DNA of 63,954 nt, filler included, from Caldilineae bacterium (GTDB taxonomy: Bacteria; Chloroflexota; Anaerolineae; DTLA01): NCBI GenBank assembly GCA_037446815.1. It is 10 parts of 10 records of this genome, joined end to end, with 100 filler letters (N's around TTAATTAATTAA, not from the genome) between each part and the next. Parts side by side here need not be neighbours in the genome. Positions count along the whole stretch, not along the records: positions 7,008 to 13,743 come from JBBIHX010000160.1; positions 13,844 to 20,510 come from JBBIHX010000161.1; 8 more parts are not named here. One strand, written 5' to 3'. Below, one piece after another: positions 9,119-17,668 of this stretch. The position numbers and the translations under genes were made by a program. The notes beneath the pieces are model-generated. The model was not told the DNA's origin. It made no database searches and saw only the letters and a program-made list of their open reading frames with translations. Position 1 is the stretch's first letter; each line of letters opens with the position of its first letter.

Positions 9119-9309
9119 GCACCGAGCAGCGCATCCGCGAACTCCAGAAGCGGCTGGACGACCTGCGAGCGCGCCTGCCGAAGCATTCCGTCCCTGCCGC
9201 CATGATTCTGGAACTGGAAGCGATGGAAGAGGAACTTGCAGACCTGCAAGCCCAGTCCGAGGGGAATTCTAGCACGTCCTCAGCGCCCGCGCAACCGCGC
9301 GACGCATGA
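9115..9309 (+). CDS. Small helical-hairpin protein (RLPKHSVP motif)
   Basis: ATGA coupling; MSTEQRIRELQKRLDDLRARLPKHSVPAAMILELEAMEEEL. Confidence 0.7.
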   Translation: MSTEQRIRELQKRLDDLRARLPKHSVPAAMILELEAMEEELADLQAQSEGNSSTSSAPAQPRDA

Positions 9310-9460
9310 GATTCCGTTCCAAAGTCCGTTGGCATCTACCGTCATTCTGAGCGGCGAAGCCGCGAAGAATCTCGCTGACCGAGATGCTTCGCCTTCGGCT
9401 CAGCATGACAGGGCCGGGAGGCGGTGCGCTGGACAGACCAACACAAGATGAAACCGACTC
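9310..9460. mobile_element. 151-bp MITE (type B cargo, GTCATTCTGAG..CTCAGCATGAC)
   Basis: Same TIR pair as 114-263, opposite orientation; perfect 8-bp TSD ACGCATGA at 9302-9309 and 9461-9468. Confidence 0.85.
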
Positions 9461-9482
9461 ACGCATGAGGATATGCAGGTTC

Positions 9483-9625
9483 ATCCACGAATAACACGAA
9501 TTTACACGGATATAGCATAGACCCCAAGGGCCTCCAAGACCCTTGGGGTCTGAGCCTAGCATCCCGACTGAAGCGAAGCCATCTCGCGGGAGTTCATCCC
9601 CAGATGACGCGGATGTGCGTGAATG
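9483..9625. repeat. Cluster of 9-bp-period repeats and a CCCCAAGGG..CCCTTGGGG palindrome
   Basis: ATCCACGAATAACACGAATTTACACGGAT; AGACCCCAAGGGCCTCCAAGACCCTTGGGGTCT. Confidence 0.65.
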
Positions 9626-9703
9626 GGAACGGGCGTCGCGCGTCGTTCGCCCGCCTCACCTCACCCCCGCGTCGCCGCCGGCCATCAGCCTCGCGCCGCG
9701 CGC

Positions 9704-9901
9704 CTAGCAACAGTGGCCGTGCGAGTGGTGGCCTTGGTGCGAGCCCGATTCGGCCTGCACGTACTTCTCGGGGTCTTTCTCAAACGCCACCTTGCAACCC
9801 TGCGCGCAGAAGTAGTAGACCTTGCCCTTGTACTCGCTTCTTGCCGGTGCGGTCTCTGTATCCACCGTCATCCCGCAGACTACATCCTTGACCTTCGCCA
9901 T
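9704..9901 (-). CDS. YHS domain protein with His/Cys-rich tail
   Basis: DVVCGM..YKGKVYYFCAQGCK..FEKDPEKY; tail HQGHHSHGHCC. Confidence 0.9.
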   Translation of the reverse strand: MAKVKDVVCGMTVDTETAPARSEYKGKVYYFCAQGCKVAFEKDPEKYVQAESGSHQGHHSHGHCC

Positions 9902-9914
9902 AGCCTCTCTCCTT

Positions 9915-10181
9915 TCATGCTCCGAGTCGTTTCCGAATCTCCTCAAACTCCTGGACGCCGATCTCGCCCGCCGCCAGCCTGCGCCGCGCGATTTCCAGCG
10001 CATCGGTCTGGGCCGGCCCTGCGTCGCCTCGCGGCGCGAACTGCCGCGCCACCCACCGGACGCCGAGAACCACCAGTATCCCCAGGCCGATAACCAACAC
10101 CACGTTCAGGATGAGCCCCAGGATGCCGAGACCTCCCCAGCCTCCCAGGCCCCATCCCAAGCCACCACAGCAGAATCCCAT
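9915..10181 (-). CDS. SHOCT domain membrane protein
   Basis: TM helix plus ALEIARRRLAAGEIGVQEFEEIRKRL. Confidence 0.85.
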   Translation of the reverse strand: MGFCCGGLGWGLGGWGGLGILGLILNVVLVIGLGILVVLGVRWVARQFAPRGDAGPAQTDALEIARRRLAAGEIGVQEFEEIRKRLGA

Positions 10182-10190
10182 GTCTGCCTC

Positions 10191-10409
10191 CTATTGTCCG
10201 ATCTTCGCGCGAAGACTGTCGTACTCCTCGCGCGTGATTTCCCCGCGGGCGAGTCGCTCGTCCAGAATCTGGCGGGCCGTCGGCTTGCTCTGAGCGTTGG
10301 GCGACGCGAGGCCGCTCGCCTGACGCACCAGCAGCGCCACTCCACCCGCGATAAGGGCGATGATCACGCCCCAAAACAACACCATGCCAATCGCTCCGAA
10401 TCCCATCAT
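10191..10409 (-). CDS. SHOCT domain membrane protein
   Basis: MMGFG start, TM helix, ILDERLARGEITREEY. Confidence 0.85.
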   Translation of the reverse strand: MMGFGAIGMVLFWGVIIALIAGGVALLVRQASGLASPNAQSKPTARQILDERLARGEITREEYDSLRAKIGQ

Positions 10410-10547
10410 GGGTGTACCTCCAAGAACCAGTTTTCGCCTCCATCGTACCACACATTGCCGCGAAAGGGCAGGGGTGTTTCGCCTGGGCGCGGCACAGCCG
10501 TTCGGCGCACGGCCCCGAATAGGCCGTTTGGCGCATGGGCGGCGCGC

Positions 10548-10985
10548 CTACTTCCGCACCAGGGTGTACCCAGCAGCCTCCCACGCCGACATCCCGCCGG
10601 CCAATTCCATGACGTTCGTGTACCCTGCCGCCGCCAGCGTCTGCGCCGCCGACGTGCTCATAGGCCCGCTGCGACAGTACACAACAATGCGCGCGGTCTT
10701 GTCGGGCAACTTGCCCAACTGGCGTGAGAGTTCGTTATACGGGATGAACAGGTCGGTTTGCGCGATTTCCCCGTCGTAGGGGACGTGCACGTTGACCAGC
10801 ACAAAATCCTTGTTGGCGAGCATGTCATACAACTGTTCCGGGGTCAGGCGGATGTAGCCCGGCGCGGCCCGCGTTGGAGTCGTTGCGGGCGCCGTCGGGG
10901 TCGGCTGCGGGGCGGCACATGCGGCCAAGAGGCCCACCAGCACGGCCAGCAGCCCTACAGCCCAAAGCGCGATGCGCGATTTCAT
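10548..10985 (-). CDS. Rhodanese-like lipoprotein
   Basis: Lipobox LAAC; VYCRSGPMS active-site loop; LAGGMSAW. Confidence 0.88.
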   Translation of the reverse strand: MKSRIALWAVGLLAVLVGLLAACAAPQPTPTAPATTPTRAAPGYIRLTPEQLYDMLANKDFVLVNVHVPYDGEIAQTDLFIPYNELSRQLGKLPDKTARIVVYCRSGPMSTSAAQTLAAAGYTNVMELAGGMSAWEAAGYTLVRK

Positions 10986-11109
10986 GGCCTTGCTCCTTGT
11001 GTTATCCGATCTACAAGGATTGTACGCTGCTTGCGTGCGCGCACATGCGCCAAATGGCGCGGGGAGAGCGGGGAGAATGGCGGGGAAATCAGCCGACCGG
11101 CGCGCCTAC

Positions 11110-11259
11110 GATTCGGTTTCATCTAGTGTTGGTGAACCGCAGGCGCGATCTCCTCGTGTGTCATTGCGAGCGAAGCGAAGCAATCCCACGCCCCGGAGAT
11201 TGCTTCGGGCACTGCGTGCCCTCGCAATGACGGCTACCAACAGACTTTGGAACCGAGTC
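11110..11259. mobile_element. 150-bp MITE (type A)
   Basis: TIRs GATTCGGTTTCATCTAGTGTTGG / CCAACAGACTTTGGAACCGAGTC; degenerate TSD GCGCCTAC/GTCCCTAC (6/8). Confidence 0.8.
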
Positions 11260-11263
11260 GTCC

Positions 11264-12520
11264 CTACGGCGCGCTGCCCAGTTTCCGCGTGATTCGGTCT
11301 CTGCGATGCTGCAAGTCGGCCAGGACGCGCGTCTTCTGAGCGCTCGGCGGCCACGCCTGCACCTTCGCCAGCGCCTGCTCGGTGTAGGCCAACGCGGCGG
11401 CGTAATCGCGCTGCCCATGCTCGCAGTCCTTCGCCAGTTCCACCAGCGCGGCAACGTCGGTTCCGTATCGCGCCTCGGCCAGGGCGCGCCAGATGTCGCG
11501 GGCCTCGTCGCGGCGTCCCTGTCGCTTCAGGAGCAGCGCCAGGCGGTGGAGCGCCTCCTCGCGGGCCTCGTGCGGCAGGGACGAGGCGATGGCGCGGCGG
11601 TATGCGGCCTCGGCCTGAGCGGTGTCGCCCGCCTGTTCCAGAATCGCCGCGGCGCGGAGCAAGTCCTCGCCCGGAGCGGCAGCGGCATCGGGTGCATGCA
11701 ACAGGCGGCACATGTGCCCGGCCAGCGCCGCCAGCGACACGATGTCGTACAGGTTGTGGTAGAACACGCGCGCGATCTCGCGGGCATCGCCCGTCCGCAG
11801 ATACTCAAAGTAAATCTGCGGCACCAGATACCCCGGCACGTCGGCCTGATCGCGGTAGAACCCCAGGATATCCTTCTCCAGCGCGCCCAACCGACACGAA
11901 GGCAGGCGCGCCTTCCACAGGCGGCGCGCCGGGTGGAGCAAGTCCAGGTGCGGCGCGTCGGCCAGGCGGGGCGGCATGCGGTTCATGATGAAACGCGTGG
12001 TCAGGATGGGCAGGTCAAACCCCCGCCCGTTGAAACTCACCAGCCAATCCATCCCATCCAGGCGCTGGGCCAGCGCGGCAAGCATGGCCGGCTCCTCGGG
12101 GAAGTCGCGCATGAAGTACTGCTCCACGCGGAAGACGTCGTCCTCGTAGAACCCCAGGCCCACCATAAACGCCACCGTGCCCGTGCCCCCCGCCAGCCCG
12201 ATGGTCTCAATATCCAGAAAGGCGGCGCGGCGGTAGTCCAGGCCCGCGATGGCGGGGTCGCCGGCCAGGCGCGCAGGGACGTGGCACGGGCACACCAGCA
12301 GGTCGCCGAGGGTCGGGCCGCCGTGGGCGTGGTGCAGCGGGAACGTCTCCTCCACCAGGTAGAACGCACCGGCGTCGCTCTCCACCACGCGCCCGGACAC
12401 CAGTTCCTCCACCGGGTAGCGACGACGGGCCGGTGGCGCGGGCTTCAGGTGCGCCGCCCCCTTATGCACTCCCAGCGACCTCAGTTTGCGCAGGCGTTCC
12501 TCAAAGTCAGCCAATTGCAA
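11264..12520 (-). CDS. YprB/MrfB-like RNase H-fold (DEDD) exonuclease with TPR repeats
   Basis: FLDIETIGL, SFNGRGFDLP, HLDLLH, HNLYDIVSL; C-terminal TPR-like helices. Confidence 0.88.
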   Translation of the reverse strand: MQLADFEERLRKLRSLGVHKGAAHLKPAPPARRRYPVEELVSGRVVESDAGAFYLVEETFPLHHAHGGPTLGDLLVCPCHVPARLAGDPAIAGLDYRRAAFLDIETIGLAGGTGTVAFMVGLGFYEDDVFRVEQYFMRDFPEEPAMLAALAQRLDGMDWLVSFNGRGFDLPILTTRFIMNRMPPRLADAPHLDLLHPARRLWKARLPSCRLGALEKDILGFYRDQADVPGYLVPQIYFEYLRTGDAREIARVFYHNLYDIVSLAALAGHMCRLLHAPDAAAAPGEDLLRAAAILEQAGDTAQAEAAYRRAIASSLPHEAREEALHRLALLLKRQGRRDEARDIWRALAEARYGTDVAALVELAKDCEHGQRDYAAALAYTEQALAKVQAWPPSAQKTRVLADLQHRRDRITRKLGSAP

Positions 12521-12612
12521 TCAGCCTTTGGGCATGAGCCTTTGCCGTTAGCCTGCGAACCCCACCCAGGAGGACAGGGCCGACGGCCAAGGGCTAGAGG
12601 CTAACGGCTGCT

Positions 12613-13581
12613 TCACGGAAACAGCGGCAACAGCAGCACATCCACGAAGTTGTACAGGACGTGAATGGCGATGCACGTCGTCGTGTTGGTGCGATTGCGG
12701 ATCACGCCCAGGATGATGCCGATGAGCAGAATCTCCAGCGTGGCGGGGCTCAGGCCATACTGCGTGTGGCCGGCGGTGAACAGCAGCGCCGTGATCCACA
12801 GGCCAAAGCGCGGCTGCACCGCGCCGCGGAACAGCACCTCCTCGCCGATGCCCGCCGACAGGCCGATGGCCGCCGCCTTGGCGACGCTCATCTCGCCGAA
12901 CAGGCCCAGGCTTACGCGCCCGATAAGGTCGTACTGTTCGGGGGCAACGGCGTGCCACCCTACTGCCACCGCGTAGTCCAGCAGGAGAAATCCGGCGACC
13001 GCCCCGACGGCGAAGGCCGCCTGGCGCAGCGTGGGCAGGCGCAACCCCAGGCGGCGCAACGTCTCGCCCCAGGCGCGGCGAATGGGCCACCCCACCCCGA
13101 ACACGCCGAACAGCACCATGGCCAAGCCGGTCAGCAGCAGGTCGGCCAGGGTGGCCTCCATCGGCAGCGCGGCCAGCCCTTCCAGCCCGCCGACGAGGAG
13201 CACCTGCCCCACGCTCGCGCCGACGTAATAGGCGGCGAGGGACAGGGCCACCACTCCCACCGGCGACGCAGGGTTGGTGTCGGTGAAGCGGGCGATCCAG
13301 CGGCGAACCGGCGGAAGGAGCACCGCCAGCCCCACCCCGCCCACGAGGAAGAGCATCAGCGCCAGCCCGTACAGGTTGCTGCCCAGGAACACGAAGAACT
13401 CCACCGGCGCATACGGAGCCACGGCGCCCGCGACGGCGAACAGCAGCGCGCCCGCCAGGCACGCCACGTCAATGAGGGCCAGCAGGGCATAGACAACGTA
13501 CTTGACCGCCTCTTGCCGCTCGGCATAGTTGGCCAGGAGCACCAGAACGAGAAACGGGATGAACTGGAGAAATGCCAGCAT
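12613..13581 (-). CDS. CPBP (CAAX/Abi) intramembrane metalloprotease
   Basis: GEEVLFRG, FTAGH, HVLYN motifs; multiple TMs. Confidence 0.9.
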   Translation of the reverse strand: MLAFLQFIPFLVLVLLANYAERQEAVKYVVYALLALIDVACLAGALLFAVAGAVAPYAPVEFFVFLGSNLYGLALMLFLVGGVGLAVLLPPVRRWIARFTDTNPASPVGVVALSLAAYYVGASVGQVLLVGGLEGLAALPMEATLADLLLTGLAMVLFGVFGVGWPIRRAWGETLRRLGLRLPTLRQAAFAVGAVAGFLLLDYAVAVGWHAVAPEQYDLIGRVSLGLFGEMSVAKAAAIGLSAGIGEEVLFRGAVQPRFGLWITALLFTAGHTQYGLSPATLEILLIGIILGVIRNRTNTTTCIAIHVLYNFVDVLLLPLFP

Positions 13582-13626
13582 CGCATCATCCTTTCGTGCC
13601 GCGTTCGGAAACCAAATTGCAGGGCG

Positions 13627-13655
13627 ATTATACCCTGCGCGGGGCGCGGCGGCAA
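13627..13655 (-). promoter_or_regulatory. sigma70 promoter for the CPBP gene
   Basis: TTGCCG-17 bp-TATAAT on the minus strand. Confidence 0.65.
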
Positions 13656-13670
13656 AGTCATGCATGCCCC

Positions 13671-13743
13671 GACTCGGTTCCATCTTGTGTTGGTGAAACG
13701 CATGGACACTCTCCTCGTGTGTCGTTGCGAGCGAAGCGAAGCA
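13671..13743. mobile_element. MITE left part (type A), truncated by the contig end
   Basis: GACTCGGTTCCATCTTGTGTTGGTGAA..GTCGTTGCGAGCGAAGCGAAGCA. Confidence 0.8.
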
Positions 13744-13843
13744 NNNNNNNNNNNNNNNNNNNNNNNNNNNNNNNNNNNNNNNNNNNNTTAATTAATTAAN
13801 NNNNNNNNNNNNNNNNNNNNNNNNNNNNNNNNNNNNNNNNNNN

Positions 13844-14172
13844 CGCTCCCTCGCCCGCCGGGAGAGGGCTGGGGTGAGGGCGTCGCTCCCTCGCCCGCTG
13901 GGAGAGGGCGGGGGTGAGGGCGTCGCTCCCTCGCCCGCTGGGAGAGGGCTGGGGTGAGGGCGTCGCTCCCTCGCCCGCCGGGAGAGGGCCGGGGTGAGGG
14001 CGACGCTCCCTCGCCCGCCGGGAGAGGGCCGGGGTGAGGGCGTCGCTCCCTCGCCCGCTGGGAGAGGGCTGGGGTGAGGGCGACGCCCCCTCGCCCGCCG
14101 GGAGAGGGCTGGGGTGAGGGCGACGCCCCCTCGCCCGCCGGGAGAGAGGGACGCCGAAGGCCGGGGGTGAGG
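13844..14172. repeat. Tandem array of a 40-bp BoxC-like unit (7 full copies plus a partial one)
   Basis: CGCTCCCTCGCCCGC(C/T)GGGAGAGGGCTGGGGTGAGGGCG(T/A) starting at 13844, 13884 and so on to 14124. Confidence 0.92.
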
Positions 14173-14348
14173 TGTCTCCGCCCGCGCCCAGAGCAATCCC
14201 CCGTTCCCATCCGCCCAATCCGTGTTGTCAGCGCATACGACCGCCGCACCGCGGTGTAGGGCCCCTCGGCCCCCAACCGCTCCCCTTCGCTCGCAACGAC
14301 AGACAGGGGACAACGTGCGAAGCACCTCGGAGGTGCGTCGCACGTTCC

Positions 14349-14774
14349 CTACCCGACCGTCAGCGTGATGATTCCCCCCACGGTCAACAGCATCCCCAGC
14401 GCCGTCTTCCACGTCAGCGGCTCGCCCGCGAAGAGGATGCCCATCAGCGCACCGAACAGGGGCGACGTAAACGCAATGGGCATCACGCGGCTCAGCGGCG
14501 CGCCCTTGATGGCCGCGTAGAAGCACAGCATCCCAACGGAGCCGGCGAGGATGCCGCCCCCGAGGACCATCATCAGCAGCGGCTTGGTTCCCGCCTGCGC
14601 CACCGTCTTCCACTGGGGGAAACTGACCGCCCCCAGGATGACCAGCGCCACCGCCGTGCGAATCGTGATCCCCATCTGCGGCGACAGGTGGCCCAGGTGA
14701 AGCCCCTTCTTCTCAAAGAAGCCGCCAACGCCCCAGGCGATGGCCGTGAACAGTGCCAGCAGTTGTGGATTCAT
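14349..14774 (-). CDS. EamA/DMT family transporter (single repeat)
   Basis: AIAWGVGGFFEK, FYAAIK..SRVMPI..SPLF, LFAGEPLT. Confidence 0.88.
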   Translation of the reverse strand: MNPQLLALFTAIAWGVGGFFEKKGLHLGHLSPQMGITIRTAVALVILGAVSFPQWKTVAQAGTKPLLMMVLGGGILAGSVGMLCFYAAIKGAPLSRVMPIAFTSPLFGALMGILFAGEPLTWKTALGMLLTVGGIITLTVG

Positions 14775-14950
14775 TCCTTGTCCCCCCGCGTGGAGTGTAT
14801 TTGCGCGAGTATAGCACAGATGCGGCCCGATGCCGCAACTGCCCCCGCCGAATGGCGTATGGGCGACCCCGCCATTATCCTCTCCCCTTCACCCGCTCCG
14901 TTCCGTATACTTATCGTGATACAGCCATTACCAACCATGAGGAGGAATCC

Positions 14951-15592
14951 ATGGCACGAAACACAGTCGCAGGTCAGCCTGCCCGCGAGCGCAAGCGCGC
15001 CCGCTTTCAAGCGCAGCCGCAAGTGGGCCCGCGCCGCAAGTCGCCCATTCTGTGGATTATGGCCGCGGCGCTCGTCCTGCTCATCGCAGGCGGCGCCATC
15101 CTCACCTTCGGGAAGCCGCCGACGGCCACAGGCAGCGCGCCGTCGAGCGCGCCGGCGGTTGCCGCGGGAAACACGGCTCAGCAGGCGACAGCCCCTTCGG
15201 TCAAGGCCGCGACGGTCGGCCACGCCCCCTACCCACTGGTGGAGGCTGAAAACGGCATCGTCCGCCTCCCGCTCGCCACGTTTGATGACGGCAAGGCTCA
15301 CTACTACACCTACATGCACAACGGCCGCCCTGTGGAGTTCTTCATCCTGAAGAGCGCCGATGGAGTAGTGCGCGCGGCGTTCAACGCCTGCGATGTCTGC
15401 TACCCGTTCAAGAAAGGCTACCACCAGGAAGGCGACGAGGTCGTGTGCAACAACTGCGGCAGGCGCTTCCCGTCCAACCAGATCAACGTCGTGCAGGGCG
15501 GATGCAACCCATCGCCCCTGAACCGCACGGTGGACGGGGCCGACCTGGTCATCCAGGCGTCGGACATCGCCGCCGGCCTCAAGTACTTCTAG
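14951..15592 (+). CDS. DUF2318 (predicted Fe-S) membrane-anchored protein
   Basis: AFNACDVC..GY..VVCNNCG..GGCNP; GGAGG RBS. Confidence 0.85.
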   Translation: MARNTVAGQPARERKRARFQAQPQVGPRRKSPILWIMAAALVLLIAGGAILTFGKPPTATGSAPSSAPAVAAGNTAQQATAPSVKAATVGHAPYPLVEAENGIVRLPLATFDDGKAHYYTYMHNGRPVEFFILKSADGVVRAAFNACDVCYPFKKGYHQEGDEVVCNNCGRRFPSNQINVVQGGCNPSPLNRTVDGADLVIQASDIAAGLKYF

Positions 15593-15613
15593 CCGCATGC
15601 CAGGGAGGACCGC

Positions 15614-16774
15614 ATGAGACTCACCGACGTAGCGCTCAAGAACCTGTGGCGGCGCAAGGGCCGCATGGTCCTGCTCGTCCTGGGGCTTGCCATCGGCGTG
15701 GCGACCGCGGTTGCCCTCATGGCCATCACCGAGGCGATGCAGGCCGATGTCGCCGTCAAGATGGATGAATACGGGGCCAACATCCTCGTCGTGCCCAAGG
15801 CGAACGACCTCGCCCTGTCCTACGGGGGCATCACCGTAGGCTCCGCCGCTTACGACGTGGCCGCCCTTAGCCTGTCGGACGTGGAGCGCATCGGCACCAT
15901 CAAGAACGCGGCCAACATCAGCGTGGTCGCGCCCAAGTTGCTCGGCGCCGTGCCCATCGGCGGGCGCCCCGTGCTCATGGCGGGCGTGCGGTTCGCCGAC
16001 GAGTTGCGCCTGAAGCGGTGGTGGCGCGTGGAGCAAGGGATGGAGCCGACCGAACCCGCCGACGCCCTCGTGGGAGCCAGGCTAGCCCAGAGCCTGTCCA
16101 TCAAGCCGGGCGTTGCGATTGAGGTGAACGGCCAGGCGTTCCGAGTCGTGGGCGTCCTCGCCGAAAACGGCTCGCAGGACGACGACATCCTGTTCGTGGA
16201 CTTGTCGGCGGCGCAGCGCGCGCTGGGCAAGCCCGATGCGGTGAGCCTGGTAGAAGTCGCCGCCCTCTGCACGGCCTGCCCCGTGGAGGACATGGTGGAG
16301 CAAATCGGACAGGCGTTGCCCCAGGCCCGCGTAACCGCGCTGCGGCAAGCGGTTACCTTGCGCATGGAGACCGTGGGCCAATTGAGCCGATTCGCCCTGG
16401 CGGTGTCGGCGGTAGTCATCGCCATCGGCGCGCTGGTCGTGCTGACCACCATGCTGGGCGCCGTGGCCGAGCGGCGGCAGGAAATCGGCCTGTTCCGCGC
16501 CCTGGGGTTCCGCCAGCGCCACGTGGGGCGCGTCATCCTCACCGAGGCGGCGCTGGTGAGCGTCGCGGGCGGTGTCCTCGGCTGGCTGGTGGGCATGGGG
16601 GCGGCCGTCTTCTTGGCTCCGCGCGTGGCCAACGTGGCCGCGCCCGTGCCGCTGGACCCCGTGCTGGGGGCCGCTGCCGTCGGGTGCGCCCTCTTGGTGG
16701 GCGTGCTGGCGAGCCTGTACCCCGCGTCGCAGGCCGCGCGTGTGGATCCCACCGTGGCGCTGCGGGCGCTCTAG
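15614..16774 (+). CDS. ABC transporter permease (FtsX/MacB type)
   Basis: YGANILVVPK, ERRQEIGLFRALG, YPA..AARVDP; periplasmic CTAC motif. Confidence 0.92.
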   Translation: MRLTDVALKNLWRRKGRMVLLVLGLAIGVATAVALMAITEAMQADVAVKMDEYGANILVVPKANDLALSYGGITVGSAAYDVAALSLSDVERIGTIKNAANISVVAPKLLGAVPIGGRPVLMAGVRFADELRLKRWWRVEQGMEPTEPADALVGARLAQSLSIKPGVAIEVNGQAFRVVGVLAENGSQDDDILFVDLSAAQRALGKPDAVSLVEVAALCTACPVEDMVEQIGQALPQARVTALRQAVTLRMETVGQLSRFALAVSAVVIAIGALVVLTTMLGAVAERRQEIGLFRALGFRQRHVGRVILTEAALVSVAGGVLGWLVGMGAAVFLAPRVANVAAPVPLDPVLGAAAVGCALLVGVLASLYPASQAARVDPTVALRAL

Positions 16775-16812
16775 ATCCTCACCGGACAACACCCTTGTGG
16801 AGACAAACGTAG

Positions 16813-17538
16813 ATGATTGAACTGCACAATGTGAGCAAAGTCTACAATTCGGGCGGCGCGCCGGTCGTGGCCCTTCGCAACGTCAACCTGACCATCGCCG
16901 AGGGTGAATTCGTCGCCCTGATGGGGCCGTCGGGCTCGGGCAAGAGCACCCTGCTGACCATCGTGGGCGGGATGAATTCGCCCACCAGGGGGTGCGTCCT
17001 CGTGGACGGGATAGACGTGTACAGCCTCTCACCGGAGCGTCAAGCCGATTTCCGGTACGAATACATTGGCTTCGTGTTCCAACAACTGCAACTGCTGCCG
17101 TATCTGACGGCGCTGGAAAACGTGCTGCTCGCGCTGGCCATTGCGCCGACGCCTCGCGCCGAGAAGATCGCCCGCGCCCGCGAGGTCTTGGCGCAGGTGG
17201 GGCTGAAAGGCAAGGAGCACCGCCTGCCCTCCCAACTGTCGGGCGGCGAGCAGGGCCGAGTGGCCGTAGCGCGGGCCATCGTCAACCGCGCGCCCATCCT
17301 CCTGGCCGACGAACCGACCGGCAACCTGGATCGCGCCACCGGCGTGCAGGTGCTGGAACTCCTGCGCGACCTGAATCGCGGCGGCCAGACCGTTGTCATG
17401 GTAACCCACGACCCGCAGGCCGCGGGCTATGCCAGCCGCGTGGTCAACATCCTGGACGGGCAGATCGTCGGCGATGCCGCGCCCGCCCATGCGCTGGAGT
17501 CGCTCCACGTCGTCATGGCTGCGCCCCCTTCGCGCTAA
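16813..17538 (+). CDS. ABC transporter ATP-binding protein (LolD/MacB-like)
   Basis: [27 protein letters not shown]. Confidence 0.95.
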   Translation: MIELHNVSKVYNSGGAPVVALRNVNLTIAEGEFVALMGPSGSGKSTLLTIVGGMNSPTRGCVLVDGIDVYSLSPERQADFRYEYIGFVFQQLQLLPYLTALENVLLALAIAPTPRAEKIARAREVLAQVGLKGKEHRLPSQLSGGEQGRVAVARAIVNRAPILLADEPTGNLDRATGVQVLELLRDLNRGGQTVVMVTHDPQAAGYASRVVNILDGQIVGDAAPAHALESLHVVMAAPPSR

Positions 17539-17668
17539 CCGCGGGGCGCCATCGGCCCGACACCGCACAGAAAGACAAACTCCGACGCCCCATGCAGAGG
17601 CGTCGGAGTTGCGTTTGCGAGTCCTCCGCGCGGGCCTGTCGGCATTCTCCACCCGCAGGCGGCCATCT

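Noticed and set aside
11264..13581. YprB-like nuclease plus CPBP/Abi protease as a defence system
   Set aside because: Both are common housekeeping families and there is no other defence context
13844..14172. Possible CRISPR array
   Set aside because: Units are contiguous near-identical 40-mers with no unique spacers, and no cas genes are present
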